Part shown: piece by piece, positions 51,128 through 59,831 of the stretch
Layout of the letters: each line of letters starts with the position of its first letter
How positions within the stretch are numbered: the stretch's first letter is position 1
Assembly: GCA_013286365.1 (NCBI GenBank)
Contig: JABDFY010000002.1
Coordinates: forward strand, 20,062 to 84,061
Direction: 5' to 3'
Source of the DNA: Alphaproteobacteria bacterium
GTDB taxonomy: Bacteria; Pseudomonadota; Alphaproteobacteria; UBA9219
Length of the DNA stretch: 64,000 bases
The notes under the pieces: model-generated
The model's database searches: none
What the model was told of the DNA's origin: nothing
What the model saw: the letters and a program-made list of their open reading frames with translations, nothing else
Program-made: the position numbers and the translations under genes

Positions 51128-52844
51128 CGAATTTGATCAGCCCGAGGAGTTGGGACCGAATAATCAGGGTCCCCGCAACATGACATCTAATTTGGCCGAA
51201 GCTTGGCGCTCCCGGCCGCTCTTTAAACTTCTCGTGCTGTTGACAGTTATAGGCGCTGTTGTAGCCGCTAGTATTGGGCTGTTCTCAGGTAGTGGTATTC
51301 TCAACCAGTCGCGTATCGCTAAGCCGCCAGAAATGACCGAAGCGCCAGGCGGTAAATCGTCACCATTTTATATTGAACAAACCAAAGAAGCTGCCGAGCG
51401 CCGCGCTGCGGCGGCCATGCAAAGTGGCGGCAGCGCATTGCCCACACCTGTTGGACAAGCGTCTGACACTGAAGAAATGGGCGGCGAGGGACAAAAGAAA
51501 GATCCGCTCGTCGAATTGCGCGCCGAGACAGAACATATGAAACAACAGCTGGCACAAGTTCAGCAGCAGCAACAAATTCAGCAACAACAGGTCCAGCAAC
51601 AACCAAAGGCGCCACCCGCTCCTTTTGACGACAGCTTAGCCCAAGCCATGCAGCGGCAGATGCAACAGCTGATGGAAAGCTGGATGCCGCATGGCATTAA
51701 AACAGTTGATGTCACGGCGGTGCATGAAAACAAAGAGAGAGACGAAAGCAAAGCCGCCCAAGCAGGCGCAGCCGGTGCCAATGCAAACGGCGTAGCTGGC
51801 GCCGCTGTTCCGCCACCACCGCCGCCCAAAATCTTGGTACCTGCTGGTACAGTTAGCTATGCGCAGTTGCTAACCGAGGCGAACTCTGATGTGCCCGGTC
51901 CCATCCTCGCTCAAATTTTGTCAGGCCCGCTTTCAGGTGCACGCATCATTGGACAGTTCCAGGTCATGAACGACTACCTGGTTTTGCAGTTCAATCTTGC
52001 TGATCGTAAGGGCACAGATTACTCGATCAATACTCTCGCACTTGATACAGATACGACGCTCGGCGGCTTGGCGACGGAAGTAGACGAACGATATTTCTCG
52101 CGCGTGTTGCTACCGGCAGGCGCTAGCTTCTTGCAGGCGGTCGGTCAGACTGTGGGTCAAGGCGGTTCTTCAATAGCGACGAACGGTACCACGACGATTG
52201 TTTCGCAATCGAGCCGCGGTATAACCCAAGGCATGTTCACAGGTCTTGGCCAAGCGGCGCAAACGGCAGGCCAATTTTTCCAGAATGAGGCGAATTTAAT
52301 TAAACCATTGGTACGCGTAGCTGCCGGAACACCTATGGGCTTGTTTTTTGTTTCGTCTGTTTATGATGTGTCGCCACAGAATGCTGCCAATCCTTATGGT
52401 TATGGACCCAATGGACCTAACGGTCCTTACGGCGCTTATCCCGGCATGGCTGGCGGTTATCCAGGCGCTGGTTATCCTGGGGCCGGTTATCCAGGTGCTG
52501 GTTATCCAGGGGCTGGTTATCCCGGCCTCGGTTATCCAGGCGCTGGTTATCCTGGGGCTGGATATCCCGGCGCTGGCGGATATCCCTCATTTTATGGTTC
52601 TTCGCCCGGCGGCTATTCACCGGGCGCAACTTTTGGAGGTAATGGTGTGCCTGGCGGTGGTCCTGGTGCCAGTTACCCAATTTATCCAGGCGCGAATGGA
52701 CAAGTTCCTTATCCAAGTGCTATGGGCAATTCGAATACGTCGAACGCAACATCACCTAATATGCCAATCTTGCAAAACACTAACACCGGTGCCGTTAGCG
52801 TAATACCGGGCGCCAGTGTCGGCAGTGCTGGTTTTGGACACTAA
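51105..52844 (+). CDS. icmE: type IVB secretion protein IcmE/DotG (VirB10/TrbI-like domain) with a C-terminal GYPGA repeat tail
   Basis: TM segment, poly-Q coil, then a TrbI-like domain (VPAGTVSYAQLLTEANSDVPGPILAQI...VRVAAGTPMGLFFVS), then a G/Y/P-rich tail. The start is 51105 or 51114. Confidence 0.8.
   Translation: MKIMTNLDEFDQPEELGPNNQGPRNMTSNLAEAWRSRPLFKLLVLLTVIGAVVAASIGLFSGSGILNQSRIAKPPEMTEAPGGKSSPFYIEQTKEAAERRAAAAMQSGGSALPTPVGQASDTEEMGGEGQKKDPLVELRAETEHMKQQLAQVQQQQQIQQQQVQQQPKAPPAPFDDSLAQAMQRQMQQLMESWMPHGIKTVDVTAVHENKERDESKAAQAGAAGANANGVAGAAVPPPPPPKILVPAGTVSYAQLLTEANSDVPGPILAQILSGPLSGARIIGQFQVMNDYLVLQFNLADRKGTDYSINTLALDTDTTLGGLATEVDERYFSRVLLPAGASFLQAVGQTVGQGGSSIATNGTTTIVSQSSRGITQGMFTGLGQAAQTAGQFFQNEANLIKPLVRVAAGTPMGLFFVSSVYDVSPQNAANPYGYGPNGPNGPYGAYPGMAGGYPGAGYPGAGYPGAGYPGAGYPGLGYPGAGYPGAGYPGAGGYPSFYGSSPGGYSPGATFGGNGVPGGGPGASYPIYPGANGQVPYPSAMGNSNTSNATSPNMPILQNTNTGAVSVIPGASVGSAGFGH
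52455..52574 (+). repeat. 8 in-frame tandem 15-bp repeats (consensus GGTTATCCAGGCGCT, encoding GYPGA) inside icmE
   Basis: Units counted directly at 52455, 52470, 52485, 52500, 52515, 52530, 52545 and 52560. Degenerate G/Y/P-rich sequence flanks both sides. Confidence 0.95.
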
Positions 52845-52876
52845 ATTGGTTTTGTGACAACAGGAGACTCTTTCCA

Positions 52877-54103
52877 ATGACGGATCCCTACAATTCAGAC
52901 CCCCAAAATCAAGACGAACATAAAGAAGAAACAGGGGCTGAAGTTTGGCACGACGACCGGCCGCCGGTTGATGACTTTGCTGATCATCCGGCAGAAGAGG
53001 CTGTTGCCTCAGAAGAGGCGATGCCCGAGGGGGATCAGTCGGAAGCACCCGTTACCGAAAAGAAAAAACGCTCGATTTTATTACCAATTGCCGTCGGCAT
53101 TATTGGCGTCCTATTTCTGGGCGCCATGCTTTACATTCAGTTTGGCGGCTCAAATTCAAATACCAATCCACCACCCATAGCCGTGGCAAGTTCAGCGCCT
53201 TCGTCGCCAACAACGGCTGCGGCGTCAACAACTTCATCCACGCCAGCCTCGGGTGATGTCGATATCGGATCACTTTATAACGGCGCAACTCAGGATCAGT
53301 CACAAGGCAAGCCGACCGCTGCCGATGCAGCCCCAACCACATCTTCTGCGATCATGACGCCGCCGCCAGCGCCGGCCAGTACACCAGCTTCTCCTCCATC
53401 GGTCGTTCCTTCAAAGGCGGATCAGCCGACACAACCATCACTACAACCATCACCGCCACCAATGGCGGTACAAAATCCAATTGTCATGCCAGCACCGATA
53501 GCGCCAGCACCACCGACGTCCGCCACGTCTGATAATGGTGCTGCTGAACAACGTTTAAGCGCTCTGACTTCGCGCGTAGATGATTTACAGAAAGCGCTTG
53601 ATCAAGCTACGCAACAGTTGGGCCAGGTCAGTAATATGGTCGCCGCCAATCCCCCGTCACAAAACACCGCGCAAACTAATCCGGCACTTGAAGAACGACT
53701 TGATAAACTTGAGCAGCGATTGGCCCAACTCAGTAACAGTGAAACAGCGAGTACGTCTTCAGGCATTTCTGAGCCGCAGCCTACTTCGCGAAGCAATTCA
53801 GTGGTCATGTCTCGCATGACGCATAAAGCGAAACATAAAAGTAGAAAACACGGAGCTCCCAAAAACGTTGCTCATAATGTATCTAGGCATCACACGAAAG
53901 TTGCCAATGCCGGGCCAGCTAATACGCATTGGGTTTTACGGGCAGCGACACCCGATAGTGCCTGGGTTGCTACAAGTGCTTCTTCTGCTGATTTGCGCCG
54001 CGTTGAAATTGGCGATGACTTGCCTGGCGTCGGTCGGGTACGCGCCATTCATCAGACCGGTGATAGCTGGGTCATTGAAGGATCGAAAGGTACGGTCCAT
54101 TAA
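52877..54103 (+). CDS. icmG: IcmG/DotF-like protein, expanded with P/S/T/A-rich and coiled-coil regions
   Basis: Acidic N-terminus, one TM segment, long low-complexity region. The C-terminus AWVATSASSADLRRVEIGDDLPGVGRVRAIHQTGDSWVIEGSKGTV resembles the IcmG C-terminal domain. Position after icmE also fits. Confidence 0.6.
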   Translation: MTDPYNSDPQNQDEHKEETGAEVWHDDRPPVDDFADHPAEEAVASEEAMPEGDQSEAPVTEKKKRSILLPIAVGIIGVLFLGAMLYIQFGGSNSNTNPPPIAVASSAPSSPTTAAASTTSSTPASGDVDIGSLYNGATQDQSQGKPTAADAAPTTSSAIMTPPPAPASTPASPPSVVPSKADQPTQPSLQPSPPPMAVQNPIVMPAPIAPAPPTSATSDNGAAEQRLSALTSRVDDLQKALDQATQQLGQVSNMVAANPPSQNTAQTNPALEERLDKLEQRLAQLSNSETASTSSGISEPQPTSRSNSVVMSRMTHKAKHKSRKHGAPKNVAHNVSRHHTKVANAGPANTHWVLRAATPDSAWVATSASSADLRRVEIGDDLPGVGRVRAIHQTGDSWVIEGSKGTVH

Positions 54104-54292
54104 GCCTGAAGCAAGGTTATTGCCCCGAAAATAGGTAATGAGTTGAAAAGCTTTGATATTTCACTCCTCTAAGGGCAATTAAAGGCTTTGTTAACAAGTT
54201 CACTGATAGATTATTCAGGAATAACAATAAATTGAGGCAATTTTTGCCAATTGAAAATTTACGTTTTCGGAGGCATTTTCGGAAGCGAAACG

Positions 54293-55393
54293 ATGAATAA
54301 AATAATTTCTCCATCGCAGCAAAAAGGCCGCCTTTGGCTGGGGCCATTTTTATTGGCCTTTGGGCTTTGTTTGCTCACACCAAAATTGGTCGCGGCACAG
54401 ACAAGCACTCTTGGCGATGTCTTATGCCAAGTTGGCGGCAATATATCCTCATTTGCCGAGCTCTTTTCCACAATAGCCTATTCGGCAGGCGTCTTCTTCG
54501 CCATTATGGGTGTCCTTGAATTAAAACTTCATGCCTTCGAGCAAAACAGACAACATATTCGCCAGGGAATTATGTATCTCGTGGCAGCTGGCGGTTTATT
54601 GACTTTGCCCGGTGTTGTCGGAGCCCTTCAAAGCAGTATTTTTATGGGAAGTTTGAGCGGCAGCAGCACGATGGTGAACGGCCTGTCGGCTTGTACGCCT
54701 GGTGGCGCATTTAGTAATGCAATCGGCGGTATTGTTCCCGCAAGCGTGACCATAGGTGGCGGCATCGGTACGGCAGGCTACGGTGGCGGAATAGCGGCCA
54801 GTTCTGGCTCGATTATGGGCGTTACAGGCTCAGGCGCTGGTCTCGATGGCATGTTGGAAAATATTGTCGGCGACATCTATCAACCGATGCTGTGGTTGTT
54901 GTCTGTCATTGGCGCCGTTGCTGGAATTTATATGATAATTCGGGGCCTGTTTAAGGCAGCTAAGTATGGAACTGATCCAAAAACAAATTCCGCCCCAGCC
55001 ATTCTTGTCAATTTTATAATTGGCGCCATACTTGTTTCATCCAGTTCGGCCTTAGACGCTATGACGGGCACTGTGTTTGGTCAGGGTATCCAGGAATTCA
55101 GTGGCCTTAATTGGTCATCGGTGACAAGCGATAGTACAGATACTGCCGCCATCAACGCCGCGCTCAGCGCTGTGTTGGCTTTTGTTCAATTAATCGGGGC
55201 CATCTCATTCATCCGTGGCTGGTTCATCGTCAAGCAGGCGGTTGAGGGCACCGGACAGGCAACAATCCCACAAGGACTAACGCATATTATAGGTGGTGTA
55301 TTTGCGATCAATATCGGCGTTTTCATCTACATCATGAGCAATACGTTTTTCAGCGGAACGTCACTTTCTGGTATGGTGAATCCACCGACTTGA
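54293..55393 (+). CDS. IcmC/DotE-position membrane protein built from three IcmD-like modules
   Basis: Signal peptide, then three segments that each align by eye with the IcmD-like protein at 55517-55906 (see findings). Gly-rich linkers join them. Confidence 0.55.
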   Translation: MNKIISPSQQKGRLWLGPFLLAFGLCLLTPKLVAAQTSTLGDVLCQVGGNISSFAELFSTIAYSAGVFFAIMGVLELKLHAFEQNRQHIRQGIMYLVAAGGLLTLPGVVGALQSSIFMGSLSGSSTMVNGLSACTPGGAFSNAIGGIVPASVTIGGGIGTAGYGGGIAASSGSIMGVTGSGAGLDGMLENIVGDIYQPMLWLLSVIGAVAGIYMIIRGLFKAAKYGTDPKTNSAPAILVNFIIGAILVSSSSALDAMTGTVFGQGIQEFSGLNWSSVTSDSTDTAAINAALSAVLAFVQLIGAISFIRGWFIVKQAVEGTGQATIPQGLTHIIGGVFAINIGVFIYIMSNTFFSGTSLSGMVNPPT

Positions 55394-55455
55394 TGGGTGG
55401 TATTTTAGGGCGAAGAATAACTATGTTTTTCAAATGCTTTTGGGAAATTAGGAAT

Positions 55456-55485
55456 TTGTTAATCGCGGCAATTTAGTGTTAGTAT
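55456..55485 (+). promoter_or_regulatory. candidate sigma70-like promoter upstream of icmD (TTGTTA-N18-TAGTAT)
   Basis: Hexamers at 55456-55461 and 55480-55485 in the 123-nt gap before icmD. Pattern match only. Confidence 0.25.
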
Positions 55486-55516
55486 GTCTTAAATTTTTTA
55501 TATTGGGGAGGCACAG

Positions 55517-55906
55517 ATGAAAGTTCAATCGACGGCTTGGCAATGGGCACTGATGGCAGCAGTAGTAGGTATGGCCATACCGATGCCCGATATTGCTTGG
55601 GCACAAGGAGCTACCGACCTTAACTCGTTGGTTGGCAGCATTAACTCAAACGAAATGCCGGCTATTCCATTGGCATTATCGACTGTTAGCTATGTTGTTG
55701 GTATCTTTCTTGGTATCCGCGGCATCATGTTACTTAAGCAGCATGCAGAAAATCCAACGCAACAAAATCTACCAAAGGGCATCTCAGCCATTGCTGCAGG
55801 TAGTGCGTTTCTTGCGTTGCCAGCGTTGACAAAAGTTCTGCAGGGTACGACGCAGCTAACCAGTGGCGCCGCTAACTTCCAGGATTTCAACACAACATTC
55901 CACTAA
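55517..55906 (+). CDS. icmD: IcmD/DotP-like small membrane protein
   Basis: 129 aa with a signal peptide and two TM helices. GGGGAGG Shine-Dalgarno. It sits between the icmC-like gene and icmJ, as in Legionella. Confidence 0.55.
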   Translation: MKVQSTAWQWALMAAVVGMAIPMPDIAWAQGATDLNSLVGSINSNEMPAIPLALSTVSYVVGIFLGIRGIMLLKQHAENPTQQNLPKGISAIAAGSAFLALPALTKVLQGTTQLTSGAANFQDFNTTFH

Positions 55907-55922
55907 GTACTGGTCTTTCGAT

Positions 55923-56609
55923 TTGACCCTCCTTCCAATCTCACTCGGTATCAGGCGTTCGCCTGATACCGAGAGTGTTGTTCGGCAGGGCTCTTCGCAT
56001 TTAAAATCACTTATGGAAAAATGTTTACGGCAGGATGATTTCACCTGCTGTTTCTGCGGCTTTCGTGCCGAACAGTACCAACGCATTGTACCTTATTCCG
56101 ATGCTGGCCGTGATCCGCCGTTTGTTACGGCGTGCACGTTTTGCGAGCAGTGTCTAGCTCTTGAGCGCGCGGGTATGATGGGTGCTGGCGTTCTTGTTTG
56201 GCTGCCGGAAATAAGTCAGACGGATTTGCATCATATTGCACGCGCCATATATGTTGCGCGCGCGTCTAAAAGCGATCTCGCCGTACGAGCAGCTCACGCC
56301 CTTGATGCTTTAATGTCGCGCCGCGCTGAGGCCAAGAAGCGTCTGGGTAGTGATGATCCCCTCTTATTGGCGACAGTATTTCATGAAAACCTAACCGAGC
56401 AGGAATATCAGCAAAGCACGACAAAGTTAGAAGGCATACGCCTTCTGCCTCTCGATAAGCGTCTCGTTCGCACACATAAGGGCGATATCAATCAATTTCC
56501 GCAAATCGTTACCTATTGGGCATCGCCACAGGGCCCCTATGGCAAATTACCGATAGAAAAATGGGCGGATTTACTGAAATTGGCTACAACCACCATCGGA
56601 AATGCCTGA
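55923..56609 (+). CDS. icmJ: type IVB secretion protein IcmJ/DotN (Cys-rich, Zn-binding type)
   Basis: DDFTCCFCGFRAEQYQRIV...FVTACTFCEQCLALERAG...VLVWLPEISQTDLHHIARAIY parallels Legionella IcmJ. The start is uncertain: TTG 55923 or ATG 56013. Confidence 0.8.
   Translation: MTLLPISLGIRRSPDTESVVRQGSSHLKSLMEKCLRQDDFTCCFCGFRAEQYQRIVPYSDAGRDPPFVTACTFCEQCLALERAGMMGAGVLVWLPEISQTDLHHIARAIYVARASKSDLAVRAAHALDALMSRRAEAKKRLGSDDPLLLATVFHENLTEQEYQQSTTKLEGIRLLPLDKRLVRTHKGDINQFPQIVTYWASPQGPYGKLPIEKWADLLKLATTTIGNA
55944..55973. promoter_or_regulatory. perfect 30-bp palindrome CTCGGTATCAGGCG-TT-CGCCTGATACCGAG just downstream of icmD
   Basis: 14-bp arms verified base by base. It lies 38 nt after the icmD stop, in or just before the icmJ 5' region. 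Confidence 0.85.
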
Positions 56610-56666
56610 TTAAAGCGCTTGAGTAACGATCCCAAAGATTGACCGTTGCCAGTAGCGCTGTCCCTA

Positions 56667-56684
56667 AAATCAGGCGCCTGATTT
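56667..56684. promoter_or_regulatory. perfect 18-bp palindrome AAATCAGGC|GCCTGATTT between icmJ and icmB
   Basis: Verified base by base. It shares the ATCAGGCG / CGCCTGAT core with the palindrome at 55944-55973. Confidence 0.85.
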
Positions 56685-56816
56685 CTGACCTCTGACTGTC
56701 TTGATCCGGTGGAAGAGAGCGCCTAAGTTCATCATGAACAAGAATTTCAAGCATCTTTATGGGGAAAGCTTGAGCGTCAAACCTAGTCGTTGGCAGAGTA
56801 TTTTCAGGACGGCGCA

Positions 56817-59816
56817 ATGATAAGTTTTCTAGACGATACCATTGCTGCCGCTCTTCTGGCCTTGCATCAGCCTATGGAGTCGTTCATCCAACTTGAAACG
56901 GCGGATGATGAAGACACGCTTGTATCCAGCGACGGCTCGCTTATTACCTTCATTAAATTTTTCGGCGCCCGCCAAATTATAGGTGATGCTGAGTATCAAT
57001 GGATTGTCAGCCAGGCGACATTAAAACTAGGTGCCCGTTTCGATCGTACCGGTTATGCCATGCAGTTTTATTTTATGCGTAATCCAGCGACTGTTGGTCA
57101 TGATCTCGATAAGGTGATGCTGAGTAATCGAATGGCAGCGCGGGCGTTGGAGCTTGACCTCGATGATCTTCTTAATGAACGGCGCCGGCACCTCGCTAAG
57201 TATCTCGCGCATGAAGAAATTTATATTGTGCTGTGGACCCGGCCTTCCGCCTTAAGCAAAACTGAGGCGACGAAGGCTATTAAGCAGCGGGGTAAAATAA
57301 AATGGTTACCCTCGCGTGATGCCCAATACCCTATGCAGGCTCTTGAGGCTTTGCGTACAAGGCATAAGAGCTACGTTGCCGCCACACTCGCCGCGCTTGA
57401 AGACATAGCCATGAAAGCCCGCATGGTAAATGCGCACGAAGCTTTGGCGGCGGTGCGAGGAAATCTTTATCCACAGATCGAGAATGAAAAATGGCGCGCC
57501 AATTTGCCGGGCGATCCTCTTATGCCGCGGGCTGGGTTAGAAAAAGGTAAGGATGTTTCCGATGTCCTCTGGCCCCCTCTGCGCCGTCAGTTATGTTTTG
57601 GCGATGCCAAGATTATTTCGCCAACAATCGTGCAGATCGGTGGCCTTATATGGACGGGCGTAGACATGACATTGGCGCCCGCCGAGCCGTCACCGTTTCC
57701 GCAACTTTTGGCGCGATTAATCGACAATGATGTTCCATTTCGCCTTTCCTATTTGATCGAAAGCGCCGGTGCGCAAGGGATCGGTTTTCGTGCCTTCGCC
57801 GCATCTGTATTGGCGTTTACCAACCAAGTTAACAAACAAATTCGTGAGTCACTTAAAGCGTTACAGGTTTTGTCGCAAAGTGAACCGGTCGTTAAATTGC
57901 GTGTTTCAATATCGACTTTTGCACCAGCCGACGACAAGCATTTGCTTGAAACGAGGGCGGGAGCTTTAACCCAAGCCCTGGAAGCGTGGGGATACTGTCA
58001 GGCGTCTTCAGCCGGTGGTGATCCTCTGGAAGTCGTTTTATCGTCAGCACTTGGAATTGCTTGTGCTTCGACAGCGCCCGCTGCCGTTGCTCCGTTCCGT
58101 GAAGTCGTCAAACTTCTGCCGTGGCAACGCGCTTCTTCACCCTTTGAAGAAGGTTCAATTTTATTCCGTACTCTGGATGGAAGATTGTGGCCCTATCAAA
58201 CCGGCAGCAGCTTGACGACACTCTGGTTCGATCTGATTTTTGCTCAACCCGGCGCCGGAAAGTCGGTGCTCATGAACGCACTGAACCTTGGCACGGCGCT
58301 TACAGCGGGTGCGGCCCGTTTACCATTTATCGCTATTCTCGATATTGGCCCGTCTTCGTCGGGGTTGATCTCTCTCATTCGTGATGCGTTGCCACTCGAT
58401 CGTCGTCATGAGGCGCTGCATTTCAAATTGCGCATGACACCCGATTATGCTGTCAATCCGTTTGATACGCAGCTGGGATGTCGTTACCCGCTGGTTGAAG
58501 AGCGTTCCTATCTATCGGAGCTGCTGACGCTTTTGTGCACACCGCCAGGACAGGCCGTACCTTATGATGGTATGGCGCAGCTCGTTGGTCTTTGCGTTGA
58601 TGAAATGTACCGTTGGCGCGATGATGCAGGGGCAAATACTGAGGCACGGCCCTACTTAATGCGTATCGAACATGAAGTTGATGAGGCGATCGAAAAATAC
58701 AACATTCACTTACCCCAAGACCCTTATTGGTGGGATGTCGTTGACGCTCTCCATGAACAAGGCGCTTATCACGAAGCAGCCTTGGCACAACGGCATGCAT
58801 CACCGACACTTGTCGATGCAGTTACGGCGGCGCGCCGCCCACAAATCAGAGCTTTGCTTGAAGAAACGCAAATTGGGGCATCGGCCGAGTCTGTCATCCA
58901 CGCTTTCGAACGCATGATAGCCTCTGCCGTACGCGAATTCCCCATCTTAGCTTCAGTGACGCGGTTTGACGTTGGTGGCGCGCGCATAGCGGCCGTAGAT
59001 TTACAAGACGTGGCGCCGCAGGGCGATGAAGTCGCCGATCGGCAAACAGCCATTATGTATATGCTTGGGCGTCATGTGCTTATTCGCTCTTGGTGGATGG
59101 GTCCGGACGCGCTGCGCTCGGTGCCGGAAAAATATCGCCCTTATCATGAAGCGCGTATTCGTGATATTCGCGAAACGCCAAAGCGCATATGTTTTGACGA
59201 ATTTCATCGCACCAGCAAAACGAATGCTGTGCGGGCACAAGTTATTCGCGACGTACGCGAAGGTCGTAAGTGGGGCGTTCAGATTGTGTTGGCTTCACAA
59301 TTGCTCGGTGATTTCAGTGAAGATATGGTCGATTTGGCAACGGGTGTTTGGATTTGTGGTACGGCCGTTTCAGATCGTGCGCTCGAAGAAACGGCCTCCC
59401 GTTTCGGCCTATCCGAAACGGCGCGCTGGGTCATGCGTTATCGGCTAACTGGTCCGAGACCTTCTGGTGCGCCTGTTTTACTTCTCCTTAGCACCAATGA
59501 GGGACGCTATGAACAGCACCTCATTAATACATTGGGCCCGATCGAGTTATGGGCGCTCTCGACCTCGTCGGAAGATGTGCAGGTAAGAACAAAACTTTAT
59601 GAGGCCCTCACTGCCAATCGTGCACGTCAAGTGCTGGCCCAATTTTTCCCTGGTGGCTCAGCGCGTCAAGAAATTCGCCGCCGTGTTGTACTGCGTACTG
59701 AAAAAGGTGAAGTAGAATCTGGTGCGACGACTGTTGTTATCAGTGAAATAGTCCAGGAACTCGTTAATTATGCCCATGCGCAATCGCCGGCAGGCCAAGG
59801 CGTCGCCAAGACGTGA
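56817..59816 (+). CDS. icmB: type IVB secretion ATPase IcmB/DotO
   Basis: About 1000 aa. N-terminus ...ESFIQLETADDEDTLVSSDGSLITFIKF, Walker A AQPGAGKSV, Walker B ICFDEFH. An in-frame TTG at 56790 is an alternative start. Confidence 0.9.
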   Translation: MISFLDDTIAAALLALHQPMESFIQLETADDEDTLVSSDGSLITFIKFFGARQIIGDAEYQWIVSQATLKLGARFDRTGYAMQFYFMRNPATVGHDLDKVMLSNRMAARALELDLDDLLNERRRHLAKYLAHEEIYIVLWTRPSALSKTEATKAIKQRGKIKWLPSRDAQYPMQALEALRTRHKSYVAATLAALEDIAMKARMVNAHEALAAVRGNLYPQIENEKWRANLPGDPLMPRAGLEKGKDVSDVLWPPLRRQLCFGDAKIISPTIVQIGGLIWTGVDMTLAPAEPSPFPQLLARLIDNDVPFRLSYLIESAGAQGIGFRAFAASVLAFTNQVNKQIRESLKALQVLSQSEPVVKLRVSISTFAPADDKHLLETRAGALTQALEAWGYCQASSAGGDPLEVVLSSALGIACASTAPAAVAPFREVVKLLPWQRASSPFEEGSILFRTLDGRLWPYQTGSSLTTLWFDLIFAQPGAGKSVLMNALNLGTALTAGAARLPFIAILDIGPSSSGLISLIRDALPLDRRHEALHFKLRMTPDYAVNPFDTQLGCRYPLVEERSYLSELLTLLCTPPGQAVPYDGMAQLVGLCVDEMYRWRDDAGANTEARPYLMRIEHEVDEAIEKYNIHLPQDPYWWDVVDALHEQGAYHEAALAQRHASPTLVDAVTAARRPQIRALLEETQIGASAESVIHAFERMIASAVREFPILASVTRFDVGGARIAAVDLQDVAPQGDEVADRQTAIMYMLGRHVLIRSWWMGPDALRSVPEKYRPYHEARIRDIRETPKRICFDEFHRTSKTNAVRAQVIRDVREGRKWGVQIVLASQLLGDFSEDMVDLATGVWICGTAVSDRALEETASRFGLSETARWVMRYRLTGPRPSGAPVLLLLSTNEGRYEQHLINTLGPIELWALSTSSEDVQVRTKLYEALTANRARQVLAQFFPGGSARQEIRRRVVLRTEKGEVESGATTVVISEIVQELVNYAHAQSPAGQGVAKT

Positions 59817-59831
59817 TCGGAAGGAAGCAGG

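Noticed and set aside
56584-56817. The 77-aa minus-strand ORF in the icmJ-icmB gap.
   Set aside because: It runs antisense within a plus-strand operon, overlaps the icmJ 3' end and the icmB start, and has no features. It is probably spurious.
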